Part shown: positions 47,748 through 56,577 of the stretch, piece by piece | Position numbering within the stretch: position 1 is the first letter of the stretch | How the letters are laid out: every line of letters starts with the position of its first letter | DNA from: a virus | Taxonomy: Duplodnaviria > Caudoviricetes | Virus record (IMG/VR): IMGVR_UViG_3300048861_000178 | Location: 96,001 to 160,000 of that record | Direction: 5' to 3' (one strand) | DNA length: 64,000 bases | The notes under the pieces: generated by a model | The model's input: the letters and a program-made list of their open reading frames with translations, nothing else | Database searches by the model: none | What the model was told of the DNA's origin: nothing | Program-made: the position numbers and the translations under genes

Positions 47748-48125
47748 ATGGTCGCACTCGTCGTCTATTACTTTGTGGTCTACGTTATTCTCGCGGTGAT
47801 CTTTGCCTGGAGCGCCATCACGGCTCTCAATAAGTTCAAGAAGGCACCGATTCACAAGCGCGTGGTGGAGATCGCAGCAGCGAACGTCAAGATGGATCGC
47901 GAGCAATTGCGTGACCGTAAGTTCTCCCCGGAGTTTATGCGGGCCGCTGTGCTGTACGTCATCATGGGCCTAGTCCTCGCAGCAGGCTGGGCCTTCACGG
48001 CCGCGTTCATCGGCCTCTTTGCTGCAGGCTCGCTCGCGCGCGGTATCGAGCACGCCATCACGATGCACATCGCTGGCAAGAACGCCGTGCCGATGGATCT
48101 CGCAGCCGAAGCTGCGGTTGCTTAA
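47748..48125 (+). CDS. Small membrane protein
   Basis: TM - charged linker - TM hairpin; AGGAG RBS. Confidence 0.65.
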   Translation: MVALVVYYFVVYVILAVIFAWSAITALNKFKKAPIHKRVVEIAAANVKMDREQLRDRKFSPEFMRAAVLYVIMGLVLAAGWAFTAAFIGLFAAGSLARGIEHAITMHIAGKNAVPMDLAAEAAVA

Positions 48126-48152
48126 CTTCACTCGACCCTAAGGAGGGTTATC

Positions 48153-48530
48153 ATGAAGCATATTTTCCGTGCCTTGAAAAAGGTAGTAGTGCGTGTCGCC
48201 ACCTGGCTGGGCTTGATCAAGTCCGAAGACGAAATGTCCAACGAAGAGCTCGCTCGTCGTTACGCCAGCGCCCAGAAGAACCTGGAGGACTACAACGTGA
48301 CGCGCCGTCCGTCAGTACTCACCACGTTGCTGCTCATGGTGCTCTTCGCAGGCGCCGTGTACGTCGAGCTGCATCTGCTCGCCATTTTCCTGGGACTGGC
48401 ACTGGTGTGCTGTCTTATCTCCTACGTGACGATTCAGAACTGGATCGATATTGCGGAGCGAGATGTCGACCATCAACCGAATGATCCCCCGGCCTGGCAC
48501 TGGCCGAAAGGGGAAGACTTCGCGCAGTAA
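48153..48530 (+). CDS. Small membrane protein
   Basis: AAGGAGG RBS; TM hairpin. Confidence 0.65.
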   Translation: MKHIFRALKKVVVRVATWLGLIKSEDEMSNEELARRYASAQKNLEDYNVTRRPSVLTTLLLMVLFAGAVYVELHLLAIFLGLALVCCLISYVTIQNWIDIAERDVDHQPNDPPAWHWPKGEDFAQ

Positions 48531-48587
48531 AACATCGGGGCGGTTATGAGACGCCCTTCATTCCACATCGCTTAAAGGAGAACACTC

Positions 48588-48923
48588 ATGTTCGAAACCC
48601 TCTTCATCGTTTTGCAAATCATCGGCATGATCTCGTTCGCCATGGGCGTGTGGTACAACTTCCACACCCGTTCGGCGAAGAACCCGAGCGTGGAGCGCGT
48701 GCGGGCTTTCTTCCACAACGCACAGAAGACCGCAGGCGAAAGCGAAATCTTGAATGCGGGTATCGTGGGCGCGGCGATCATCTCGCTCGTGCATGCGGAC
48801 TATCGCATCTTCGCTGCCGTCATGGGTTTCACGGTCGTGGTGGGCGCCGTGATGGTACTTAACCGTAAGCTGGGCGAGCTCAAGGACACGGCGTCCAAGA
48901 AGTTCGCCCGCTTCTCCTTCTAA
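48588..48923 (+). CDS. Small membrane protein
   Basis: AAGGAG RBS; ~3 TM. Confidence 0.65.
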   Translation: MFETLFIVLQIIGMISFAMGVWYNFHTRSAKNPSVERVRAFFHNAQKTAGESEILNAGIVGAAIISLVHADYRIFAAVMGFTVVVGAVMVLNRKLGELKDTASKKFARFSF

Positions 48924-48932
48924 GGAGCCGAG

Positions 48933-48986
48933 ATGCGCAAGATTCTCTTTCTGGCAGCACTCATCTACATCTTGATCGTGATGTAA
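48933..48986 (+). CDS. 17-aa hydrophobic micro-peptide MRKILFLAALIYILIVM
   Basis: AAGGAG RBS, fills the operon gap exactly. Confidence 0.5.
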   Translation: MRKILFLAALIYILIVM

Positions 48987-48988
48987 TC

Positions 48989-49183
48989 ATGGACAAGATG
49001 ACTGATCAAGAAGCGCTGGATATGCTCAATGCACCTGCCGATGAAGTCTACTGGTTTGCCAGCGCGAACGACAAACCAGCCTGGTACGGTGAAGCCGGTA
49101 AGGAAACCATCTCACTGGATGGTGACTTCACTCGTGAGCAACTCCTCGCAATTCTCCATTTCCACCCTAGCAATAAGGGGTAG
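48989..49183 (+). CDS. Small hypothetical protein
   Basis: Operonic. Confidence 0.55.
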   Translation: MDKMTDQEALDMLNAPADEVYWFASANDKPAWYGEAGKETISLDGDFTREQLLAILHFHPSNKG

Positions 49184-49186
49184 GTC

Positions 49187-49273
49187 ATGGCCAAGAAACG
49201 TAGTGGCAAGTGGACCGTCTTTGTGGTTCTGACCTTGCTGGTCTGGTTTTCGCTGATGACTCGGCGACAGTAA
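49187..49273 (+). CDS. 28-aa single-TM peptide
   Basis: MAKKRSGKWTVFVVLTLLVWFSLMTRRQ, operonic. Confidence 0.45.
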   Translation: MAKKRSGKWTVFVVLTLLVWFSLMTRRQ

Positions 49274-49345
49274 GCACGTCGCGTAAGAGCGTGCACCCCC
49301 GTAGTACAACAGGCAGTTACTTTAAACCGTTATAGGAGCTTTACC

Positions 49346-49552
49346 ATGAATCAAGCACTCGCAATCAAGATCGCAATCATCGCTGGTGGTGTTATCGGTG
49401 GCGCAGGCGTCGGCTTCGGTGGCTACAAGGGCATCCAGGCTCTGCGTCGCCGTAGCGCGGCAAAGAAGGCCGCCAAGACCATCGACTCGAAGATGTCGTC
49501 GGTCAAGGAAGCGGGCAACAGCGCGGGCGGCGCACAAGCCGCGGCGGCGTAA
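49346..49552 (+). CDS. Small membrane-anchored basic protein
   Basis: AGGAG RBS; Gly-rich TM. Confidence 0.65.
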   Translation: MNQALAIKIAIIAGGVIGGAGVGFGGYKGIQALRRRSAAKKAAKTIDSKMSSVKEAGNSAGGAQAAAA

Positions 49553-49647
49553 GCAGTAGTAGTTCAGTAGTCCTGTAGTACCCGCAGGGGAGTTCGGGCT
49601 CCCCTGCGTTTTCCATGAGTTGATCAATCTTTGTCAGGAGTCCTACC

Positions 49648-49986
49648 ATGTTGAACTTCATCCACGCTCACGTCGCTGAATTCGCTCTGTCAGGTGCGCT
49701 CGTCATCATGTTCGGTTACGTCATCTACCTGAACGTCTCCTACGCCAACGAGAAGAAGGCTGAGGCGCAACGACGCGACACTACGCCGATTCATTCGACC
49801 TGCGAACTGGACACCACGTTGCAACAACGTGAGCACGCGCAAAAGCTGATGGATGCTGCGATACAGACTTCGATGGCGATCGGCTCCTCGCTCTTTGCAG
49901 CAGGGCTCCAGCGTCTGTACCACGAACAGGCAGAACACTCGATCAGCCTGCCCCAGTCGGAAGCCGACTCCCCCACTCTTCACTAA
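49648..49986 (+). CDS. Membrane protein
   Basis: AGGAG RBS; N-terminal TM. Confidence 0.6.
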   Translation: MLNFIHAHVAEFALSGALVIMFGYVIYLNVSYANEKKAEAQRRDTTPIHSTCELDTTLQQREHAQKLMDAAIQTSMAIGSSLFAAGLQRLYHEQAEHSISLPQSEADSPTLH

Positions 49987-49994
49987 ACGCTATT

Positions 49995-50351
49995 ATGACC
50001 ATCGCATACGCAATCGGTCTGGTCGTCTTCGTTGCGCTGGTCGTGTTCTGGATCGTGAGAGCGTTTGTCTCGCTCACGATCCAAGACCCCCAAAGCAAGC
50101 TGACGGTCTGGCTGCAAAAGTCGTTCCTCTCGGCCAACCTCATCCCCGGTACAGAGATGGTCATCGCGGTGCTCGTCTACACCTTCCTCGCCTTTGGCGC
50201 CTGGTTCGTGGGCCTGCCCATTACCGCGATGGCGGTGCTCGGTTACATGTGTTTGCAATGCATCCAGTGGCTGTATGCAGCGCAAGACACCGTGGCGCGG
50301 CGCTTTAATCACATCCTCTTAGGCCAGGAGCTTTGCTGCATGCCAGCGTGA
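49995..50351 (+). CDS. Small membrane protein
   Basis: ~3 TM. Confidence 0.6.
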   Translation: MTIAYAIGLVVFVALVVFWIVRAFVSLTIQDPQSKLTVWLQKSFLSANLIPGTEMVIAVLVYTFLAFGAWFVGLPITAMAVLGYMCLQCIQWLYAAQDTVARRFNHILLGQELCCMPA

Positions 50352-50363
50352 GCTTCATTCTGT

Positions 50364-50420
50364 GAGTCAGATGCCTTCGGGTGTCTGGCTCGCCTCCTCT
50401 TACCCCATCTTTTTTTTTTT
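50364..50420 (+). terminator. Intrinsic terminator
   Basis: GAGTCAGATGCC-TTCG-GGTGTCTGGCTC hairpin and downstream poly-T. Confidence 0.6.
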
Positions 50421-50453
50421 GGCTTTATGGCGTCGCAGTATGGACGGAGGATC

Positions 50454-50843
50454 ATGACTGACTCGAAGAAGTTGCGCTGGCTGGTCGATTCGAAAGATCC
50501 AAATCATCGAATCGGAATTGTTCACTACTGTCCTGCGTGTGATATGAACCATGTGGTTTATATTGCGCAGCAGCTTCAAGCCCACCCACATCCCGTCTGG
50601 ACGTGGAATGGTCAATTTAACGAACAACTTACCTGCCATCCGTCGCTGCTGCTACGGTATACGCGACGCTTTGACGAGCGGCTCGACTTGCCCACGCGAA
50701 AGCCCGATCATTATGAGCAAATAGTGGATGTGGTATGCCACTACTTCATCACAGGCGGCTATCTCGTGTACTGTGGTGATTCGACCCATAAGCTGGCAGG
50801 AGTCACGATTCCGCTCGAGGACTTTCCGCCGGACGATCAATAA
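50454..50843 (+). CDS. Cys/His metal-binding protein (DUF6527-like)
   Basis: CPAC...H...WTWNG...PSLL...CHYFIT.G...CGDSTH.LAG. Confidence 0.55.
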   Translation: MTDSKKLRWLVDSKDPNHRIGIVHYCPACDMNHVVYIAQQLQAHPHPVWTWNGQFNEQLTCHPSLLLRYTRRFDERLDLPTRKPDHYEQIVDVVCHYFITGGYLVYCGDSTHKLAGVTIPLEDFPPDDQ

Positions 50844-50854
50844 AGGAAACTAAC

Positions 50855-51199
50855 ATGAGCGCCAAATTCCTGGCCTTCTTGAAATGGCTGCGTGACAAGC
50901 TCACGATGAAACAAACGCGCGCCTTGATCGCCAAGACCTTCGGCGACATGTTCCAGAACTGGAACGGTGACTACGACCCGGCTCGTCTGGTTGGTTACGG
51001 ATTTGTGCTGCTGTGTGGCTTTGTCTTCATCGCACTCACGATCTACGACACGCTGAAGAATCACTCGTTTAACAGCCTCGCCTTCTCGGGTGGCTGCGTG
51101 GCGATCTCGGGCCAAGCACTTGCTGCGGCTTGGGGCGTGAGGCTGAAGCAAAACTCCGAAGTCCCCATGCCGCCGCCTGAGTTTCGCGGTGGTCAATAA
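50855..51199 (+). CDS. Two-TM membrane protein, holin-like topology
   Basis: Two TM helices with a charged C-terminus. Confidence 0.5.
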   Translation: MSAKFLAFLKWLRDKLTMKQTRALIAKTFGDMFQNWNGDYDPARLVGYGFVLLCGFVFIALTIYDTLKNHSFNSLAFSGGCVAISGQALAAAWGVRLKQNSEVPMPPPEFRGGQ

Positions 51200-51312
51200 A
51201 AGGAATCTGACATGTCTTTCATGACGTACGCCATGCTGATGAATGGCGTCACACAGCGCGCCATGCTCCAATCGATGGCGCTGTTCAACCCGTTTCTGCT
51301 CTGGGGGATCTG

Positions 51313-51774
51313 ATGGGTGCACCGACAATCGGCCAAGCGGTTCAGTTCTATCCCGAACGCGGTGGTCAACTGGCTGACCTCAATGCAATCGAGCCGATCA
51401 CACCGCTGAGCGCTACGATTCGCTATGTGGGTCCGACGCTCAAAGTAAACCTGACGGTCACGGGTCCGACGGGTCGCCAGTACATGCTGAAGAACGTACC
51501 GTACTTCGATAGCGAATACGCGACGCGTCCCTACACGAATATCATCCCTGGCGTGGGTGGTTATTGTGTGGACCCGAACGACGCTCCGGCTTTCCCGCCG
51601 CCCAAGACGGCGCCGTATCAAAAGGCAGGCTGGAACATGCCGCTCTCACCGATCAATCCCCCGGCCAACCCGGAAGACACTGCGCAGCCTTACGTGCCGG
51701 TCAAGATCATGGCCGACGAGACGGGTACGCCCGTCGAGGCTCCGGAAACCCCGGTCGCGCAAGATCCGAACTAA
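51313..51774 (+). CDS. Hypothetical protein (related to 51832-52191)
   Basis: Shared FYP...TI..V...V...V...NVP.(F/V)D pattern. Confidence 0.6.
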   Translation: MGAPTIGQAVQFYPERGGQLADLNAIEPITPLSATIRYVGPTLKVNLTVTGPTGRQYMLKNVPYFDSEYATRPYTNIIPGVGGYCVDPNDAPAFPPPKTAPYQKAGWNMPLSPINPPANPEDTAQPYVPVKIMADETGTPVEAPETPVAQDPN

Positions 51775-51831
51775 GCTTTTCGGTTCGGCACACATGCAGT
51801 AGCCTTTTCCCTTTCTTAACTGGAGTCATCG

Positions 51832-52191
51832 ATGCCCGCAGTCAATAACACCGCAGCCAAGTTCTACCCGCAACACACTGCACCCGCCCTCGGCTTGGAC
51901 GGCAGTGGCAATACCGTCGTGAACATCGCGGCGCTGCCCTGCACGATCATCAAAGTCCTGACCGGTGGTTCGCGTGTGAGCGTTGCGGTCGAGAATCCGG
52001 CTCAAGCGAAGCAAACCCCGTCGGGCGCCTGGGCGACCAACAACGTCCCGTTCGTCGACGCGGGTGAAGCACCTCCGGCCACGGGTCCGTTCGTGACGGC
52101 AGTCGGCTACGTGGTTCCGGCCGATGGCACCACGCACGCTGCCAACGGCACGCCGTCCTCGGAAGGCGGCGAAGCACAAGCAGGCGCTTAA
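51832..52191 (+). CDS. Hypothetical protein (related to 51313-51774)
   Basis: GGAG RBS; hairpin-TTTATGCCG follows. Confidence 0.6.
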   Translation: MPAVNNTAAKFYPQHTAPALGLDGSGNTVVNIAALPCTIIKVLTGGSRVSVAVENPAQAKQTPSGAWATNNVPFVDAGEAPPATGPFVTAVGYVVPADGTTHAANGTPSSEGGEAQAGA

Positions 52192-52285
52192 GCGTCTCTG
52201 ATAAAGGCGGGGCTACGGTCCTGCCTTTATGCCGTAATAACAGCGATTCATTAAGGAAAACAATAGAATAGGAAAACTTACTGAG

Positions 52286-52615
52286 GTGCGGCATGATCTG
52301 GAAAGAGTCATGCTGTTCAGATCAAACAGGATAATCGTGAACGACAACAACTTTAAACCGATCGAGTATTCCCGTGCTTATTCGGAAGCACTGTGGATTG
52401 CGATTGAAACGACGCGCTCTGAAGCGTATCAGCTGCGCACGTCGCTGGAGTCCGATGAGAAGTGTAAGGGCTCGGTGGCAACGGTCATTGAAAGCAAGAT
52501 GATCGAGTGCTTTGAAGCGGCTGACCTCTTGGAAGGTCAACTCAAGCGTCACGGACATCGCGATTTTCTGAAGCGCATGCGTGAAGCAGACAATCCCATT
52601 TTCCGGGTTGCCTAG
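52286..52615 (+). CDS. Hypothetical protein
   Basis: Open frame; start uncertain. Confidence 0.5.
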   Translation: MRHDLERVMLFRSNRIIVNDNNFKPIEYSRAYSEALWIAIETTRSEAYQLRTSLESDEKCKGSVATVIESKMIECFEAADLLEGQLKRHGHRDFLKRMREADNPIFRVA

Positions 52616-52618
52616 TAA

Positions 52619-53095
52619 GCTCTCTGATGAGCCGTGCAAGTCGGCAACGGTTATCAATCGTCCATCTGTTAAGACACCCTTCTCAAGGGACGATTGGTAA
52701 TTCGTGGGTGTAACGCCCGCGAAAGGGGGAGACTCTCACTCCCCCTCAGAGCAAAAGGTTCACGATCCTTTTAGGAGGTGAGGTGTCGCCCGTCGGGCGC
52801 CTTCGCACCAGCGAGATACCGCCAAGTTGATACGCTGACTCAAATCGTACGGCTAAGACTTACGGTGCTACCGGAGTCAAGGCAAGTTGTACCCTGAAAC
52901 GAAAAGGCGACGTAAGGTTGGACTCGCAAGCCAACGATAAGTCGATGACTAAGTAAGGGACGCAGCCTGCAGAAAGTTCTTTGGTCCAAACGACACGTCC
53001 TCACGTGTCGACGACTCTGTTGAGGACTACCGCTTTAATCGAAAGAAGGACGGTAAGACAGAGAAGTGTCAAAGAGCGATCTGTGGAGTGCGTCA
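52619..53095 (+). ncRNA. Candidate large structured non-coding RNA (~480 nt)
   Basis: More than 10 nested or adjacent helices with G-U pairs on the + strand; no credible ORF. Confidence 0.6.
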
Positions 53096-53120
53096 CTAAA
53101 ACCAAGAAGAAGGATAGTAA

Positions 53121-53879
53121 ATGGAAGCGCAACAATTCAAACGGTTCCGTGGAGTACGGATTGTTCCCATCGTGCGGCCGGAAGCGACGGACTACATTGT
53201 AGCGGATCTGCAGCATACAGCGATGATCGATGACGAGACGGTTTTGACTGCGCCGTATCGTTTTGGAACGACGTTCTCAGTGCTGGGATTGGGACAAACC
53301 GAAGCGCTACTCGAAACAGCCCTCCTCGGCGTGACAGACCACATCAGTTACAAAGCGATGCTGGAGAGCGTCTATCTGAAGGTCGGCGAACAGTACGTGA
53401 AGGCTCCGGTCAATGAACCGCTGCGGCCCGACCCGGTGTCGACGTACCGCTGGATTGGTCTGGCCGACCATAAGCTATCGGTCGGTCTGAACAGTTACAC
53501 ACGGGATGTGGAAGGCAGGACCCTGAGCCTTTTCGATCCGTTCACAGCCGCTGGGATTCACATCGCGCTCGAATCGTTGCTCTCGGGCAGCGTGAACCTC
53601 GAGCTGTCCGACACGTGTTTCTACACGACACCCCTCACGGTCCGCTTGAGCTTTTCGGACGCACCGTCGTTGCAAGACGAGGAAATCCGTCGCAAGATCA
53701 AGCAGGACCTGACGCAGCTCGTGAGCGATCGCGTTGAATTGGTCGGCTACGATCTGGACATCGATCGCGTAAACGCATTCAGTGCACCGAAATACGTGTC
53801 GCAAAAAGAGCTACAGACGGCGGCCGCCGACGTGCTAGTCGCGCGCTATCAAGAGCCGCCGCTGTATCATCAAGTCTAA
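53121..53879 (+). CDS. Stand-alone phiKZ-type major-capsid-domain-like protein, copy 1
   Basis: RIVPIVR...TAPY..G..FSVLGLGQTEALLE...TD...LESVYLKVG...VGYDLDIDR.N. Confidence 0.55.
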   Translation: MEAQQFKRFRGVRIVPIVRPEATDYIVADLQHTAMIDDETVLTAPYRFGTTFSVLGLGQTEALLETALLGVTDHISYKAMLESVYLKVGEQYVKAPVNEPLRPDPVSTYRWIGLADHKLSVGLNSYTRDVEGRTLSLFDPFTAAGIHIALESLLSGSVNLELSDTCFYTTPLTVRLSFSDAPSLQDEEIRRKIKQDLTQLVSDRVELVGYDLDIDRVNAFSAPKYVSQKELQTAAADVLVARYQEPPLYHQV

Positions 53880-53927
53880 GGTCGCTTGACCCTAGACGTA
53901 CCCGCTTAAGAAGAAGGAAGAAAACAA

Positions 53928-54683
53928 GTGGAAGCACAACAATTCAAACGGTTTCGGGGTGTTCGTATCGTTCCGGTTGTACGTCCGGAAACAGAAGACC
54001 TGTTGGTTCCGGCATTAGCACGATTCGTGAACATCGATGGCGCGCCGGTTCATACCGCGCCCCTGAAGGTCGGCCAGAAGCTCTCGATTCTTGGTGTCGG
54101 CCAGACGCAAAGCCTGCTGGAAACGTCGATTCTGGACAGGACCGATCGTCTGAGCGAAAAGGCGTATCTGGAATCAGTTTACCTGAGTCTGGGTGAGCAG
54201 CACGTGAAGCTCGACCTCGGTCTGCCGTTCATGCGCTGTCGCAACTGGGAAGAGCGTCGCCTCATCGAAGTGTATCACTCGCAACACAAGGTCACGATCA
54301 ATACGAACACGCGCGCCATTGACGGCTCGAAACTGGTCATGTTCAAAGAGTTCCTGGACGCCGGAATCGAACTCGAACTGCACCTGCATGTGAGCGGCTC
54401 GATCAGCTGCATGACAGCTGAAATGAGGCTGGAAGTGCTCCTCACTGGCATCGTGCCGAAGTTCCCGCATCACAACTCGCTGCAAGACGAGCAGATCCAG
54501 TCGGACATTTCGGCGGATATTGGCCGCACGCTGCTGCGCGTTCAGCCGGTTGGTTACGATCTGGACATCGACCGTCTGAACGACCTGGACCGGCCGATCA
54601 AGACCGAAGAAGTCGATCCGGCGGTCGCGGCCCAAAAGCTCGCGGCGAAATACGCAGAAGCACCGAACGGCGTGCCGCGTTAA
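53928..54683 (+). CDS. Stand-alone phiKZ-type major-capsid-domain-like protein, copy 2
   Basis: Tandem paralog with identical first 16 aa MEAQQFKRFRGVRIVP. Confidence 0.55.
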   Translation: MEAQQFKRFRGVRIVPVVRPETEDLLVPALARFVNIDGAPVHTAPLKVGQKLSILGVGQTQSLLETSILDRTDRLSEKAYLESVYLSLGEQHVKLDLGLPFMRCRNWEERRLIEVYHSQHKVTINTNTRAIDGSKLVMFKEFLDAGIELELHLHVSGSISCMTAEMRLEVLLTGIVPKFPHHNSLQDEQIQSDISADIGRTLLRVQPVGYDLDIDRLNDLDRPIKTEEVDPAVAAQKLAAKYAEAPNGVPR

Positions 54684-54729
54684 TCAGCCTCTCGGCCACA
54701 CGCTACACTTACAACCATAACACCTCGTC

Positions 54730-55485
54730 ATGAAACACGTCCTATTCGAAACCAACAAGGGTAACTTCCTCGTCGAGCTCGACGATGAGCGTGCTCCCAA
54801 GACTGTCGCGAATTTCCTCGCTTACGTGCACAAGGGCCAGTACACCAACACGATCTTCCATCGCGTGATCGATGGCTTCATGGTCCAGGGTGGCGGCTTC
54901 GAACCCGGCATGAAGCAAAAGACGGTGGATGCACCGATTCGCAATGAAGCGGACAACGGTCTGAAGAACATCGCGTACTCGATCGCGATGGCACGCACCA
55001 ACGATCCGCATTCGGCGAGCGCGCAGTTCTTTATCAACGTGCGCGACAACGAGTTCCTGAACCATACGTCGGCCACATCTCAAGGCTGGGGTTACTGCGT
55101 GTTCGGCCAAGTCGTGGCTGGTCAAGAAGTGATCGACGAAATTCGTCGGGTACGTACCGGCAGCAAGGGTTTTCACCAGGACGTGCCGCTGGAAGACGTG
55201 ATCGTCACGGTCGCGTACGAAACGGATGCGGAAGCCAATCATCGTCAAGGTGATCCGGCCACGGAAGAAGCAGCCGAAACAGGCACGCTGGGTCGTCTGG
55301 TCCAAGGCGCTGATGTCGAACGCGTTGCAGCAAGCCTTTTGGATGACGAAGGTCTTTCCGATGAACAGATCGAACAAGGCCGTACGATCGTCAAAGAAGG
55401 GCTGTTGCGGATTCGCCATCAATTGGGAATGCAATTGAATTTGGAGTTCGACGAACTTAATCGTCGGTTCCCGAAAGAGCGCTAA
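54730..55485 (+). CDS. ppiB: Cyclophilin-type peptidyl-prolyl cis-trans isomerase with C-terminal extension
   Basis: [45 protein letters not shown]. Confidence 0.93.
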   Translation: MKHVLFETNKGNFLVELDDERAPKTVANFLAYVHKGQYTNTIFHRVIDGFMVQGGGFEPGMKQKTVDAPIRNEADNGLKNIAYSIAMARTNDPHSASAQFFINVRDNEFLNHTSATSQGWGYCVFGQVVAGQEVIDEIRRVRTGSKGFHQDVPLEDVIVTVAYETDAEANHRQGDPATEEAAETGTLGRLVQGADVERVAASLLDDEGLSDEQIEQGRTIVKEGLLRIRHQLGMQLNLEFDELNRRFPKER

Positions 55486-55494
55486 GGCTTGGCC

Positions 55495-55794
55495 ATGAAC
55501 ATCAAGTTCGAAGACCAGCCGGATGCCCTGCTGGTGTTGGTGCAAAAGAGCATCGAAGAAGCCCTGGCACGATACCCGGCTGAGAAAGTTCGCGAGATGT
55601 CGAAGTTCATGTGCCAGTCTTCACCGAATCCCCAGGGCGTTATCTGGTCAATGACAGTCATCGATCCGTATCGTCAGTTCGAGATCCCGGTGGCGGTGCA
55701 CGTGCGTGAAGATGGCTCGTACGGCGTTAATGTGTCGGGCACAGATGAGCAGTGGAAGTTCTTGTTCCGCGATCCGGGCTTTGTGAGGTCTTAA
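55495..55794 (+). CDS. Hypothetical protein
   Basis: Operonic. Confidence 0.55.
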   Translation: MNIKFEDQPDALLVLVQKSIEEALARYPAEKVREMSKFMCQSSPNPQGVIWSMTVIDPYRQFEIPVAVHVREDGSYGVNVSGTDEQWKFLFRDPGFVRS

Positions 55795-55864
55795 AGGTAG
55801 ATGGCGGCGACGACAGGGAGGATGAAATCTTGTGTAGTTCATCCTCTCTTTCAAGGACACGATC

Positions 55865-56197
55865 ATGGGTACGGCTTGGCAACAGATGTTTGTAGGAAAG
55901 AGCGCGCAAGTGCTCATGCAACTCACCAATGCGAATATTGGCGATCCGGATACATTGCTCAACGAGCTCTGTAGCTTGCCGGGTATTCCGGATACTGCGC
56001 GTCAGGCGCTCACCAAGCCCTCCACTCAGAATACCTTAGGCGGACTGGCTCCGATTGAGTACCTGGCGTGTGGGCTGCTCAAGCACAGTAAGTCGCACCC
56101 TTCGCCTCAGATCCTGGCCGACTGGAAAATGGGCGCAGCGGGTACGAGCATGCGCATTAACCGGATTCGTTTACTGGCTGTGCAATTCTTCGCCTAA
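55865..56197 (+). CDS. Possible Xre/MbcA/ParS antitoxin C-terminal-like domain protein
   Basis: L.KP....LGGLAPIEYL motif. Confidence 0.45.
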   Translation: MGTAWQQMFVGKSAQVLMQLTNANIGDPDTLLNELCSLPGIPDTARQALTKPSTQNTLGGLAPIEYLACGLLKHSKSHPSPQILADWKMGAAGTSMRINRIRLLAVQFFA

Positions 56198-56208
56198 GGA
56201 GGCACGTG

Positions 56209-56577
56209 ATGAGTGTGGCAATGGGTCTTTTCATGCATTCGGTTTTTGAAGACGGCACTTTGGCGGCTGAACAGTCGCCTGAGGTATTGCTCGAGACACT
56301 GAACCGGCACGATAAACGCGTGGAAGGATCAAATGCGTTCTTGGTCACTTCGTGCGATGCGCTCAATGAACTCTCGCCGGTCGAAGTGCTGGCGGGGCGC
56401 TGGTTCAAAGCGCGTCAGGATGCACCGGGTCGCACCGTGTGGGGTAATGGTAAGGCAACGGTTGTCCCCTACACCGAAGCGGACATTGCGGCGCATCGTC
56501 GCATACTCGAATTGCCCGTCGAAGAACGTGCGGCCAAAGTCATTGCGGCGGCAAAGCGCTGGCAGGTGAACGATTAA
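56209..56577 (+). CDS. Possible Xre/MbcA/ParS antitoxin C-terminal-like domain protein
   Basis: FL.T...ALNELSPVEVL...VIAAA motif; AAGGAGG RBS. Confidence 0.45.
   Translation: MSVAMGLFMHSVFEDGTLAAEQSPEVLLETLNRHDKRVEGSNAFLVTSCDALNELSPVEVLAGRWFKARQDAPGRTVWGNGKATVVPYTEADIAAHRRILELPVEERAAKVIAAAKRWQVND

Noticed and set aside
50855-51199. Lysis cassette
   Set aside because: Holin-like topology only; no adjacent endolysin or spanin
52624-52652. Hammerhead core (CTGATGA-GCCG..CGGC) or group II intron domain V (GAGCCGT...ACGGTT)
   Set aside because: The GAAA required after stem II is missing, and the DV-like hairpin is too short with no DVI or intron ORF; kept only as part of the unknown structured RNA
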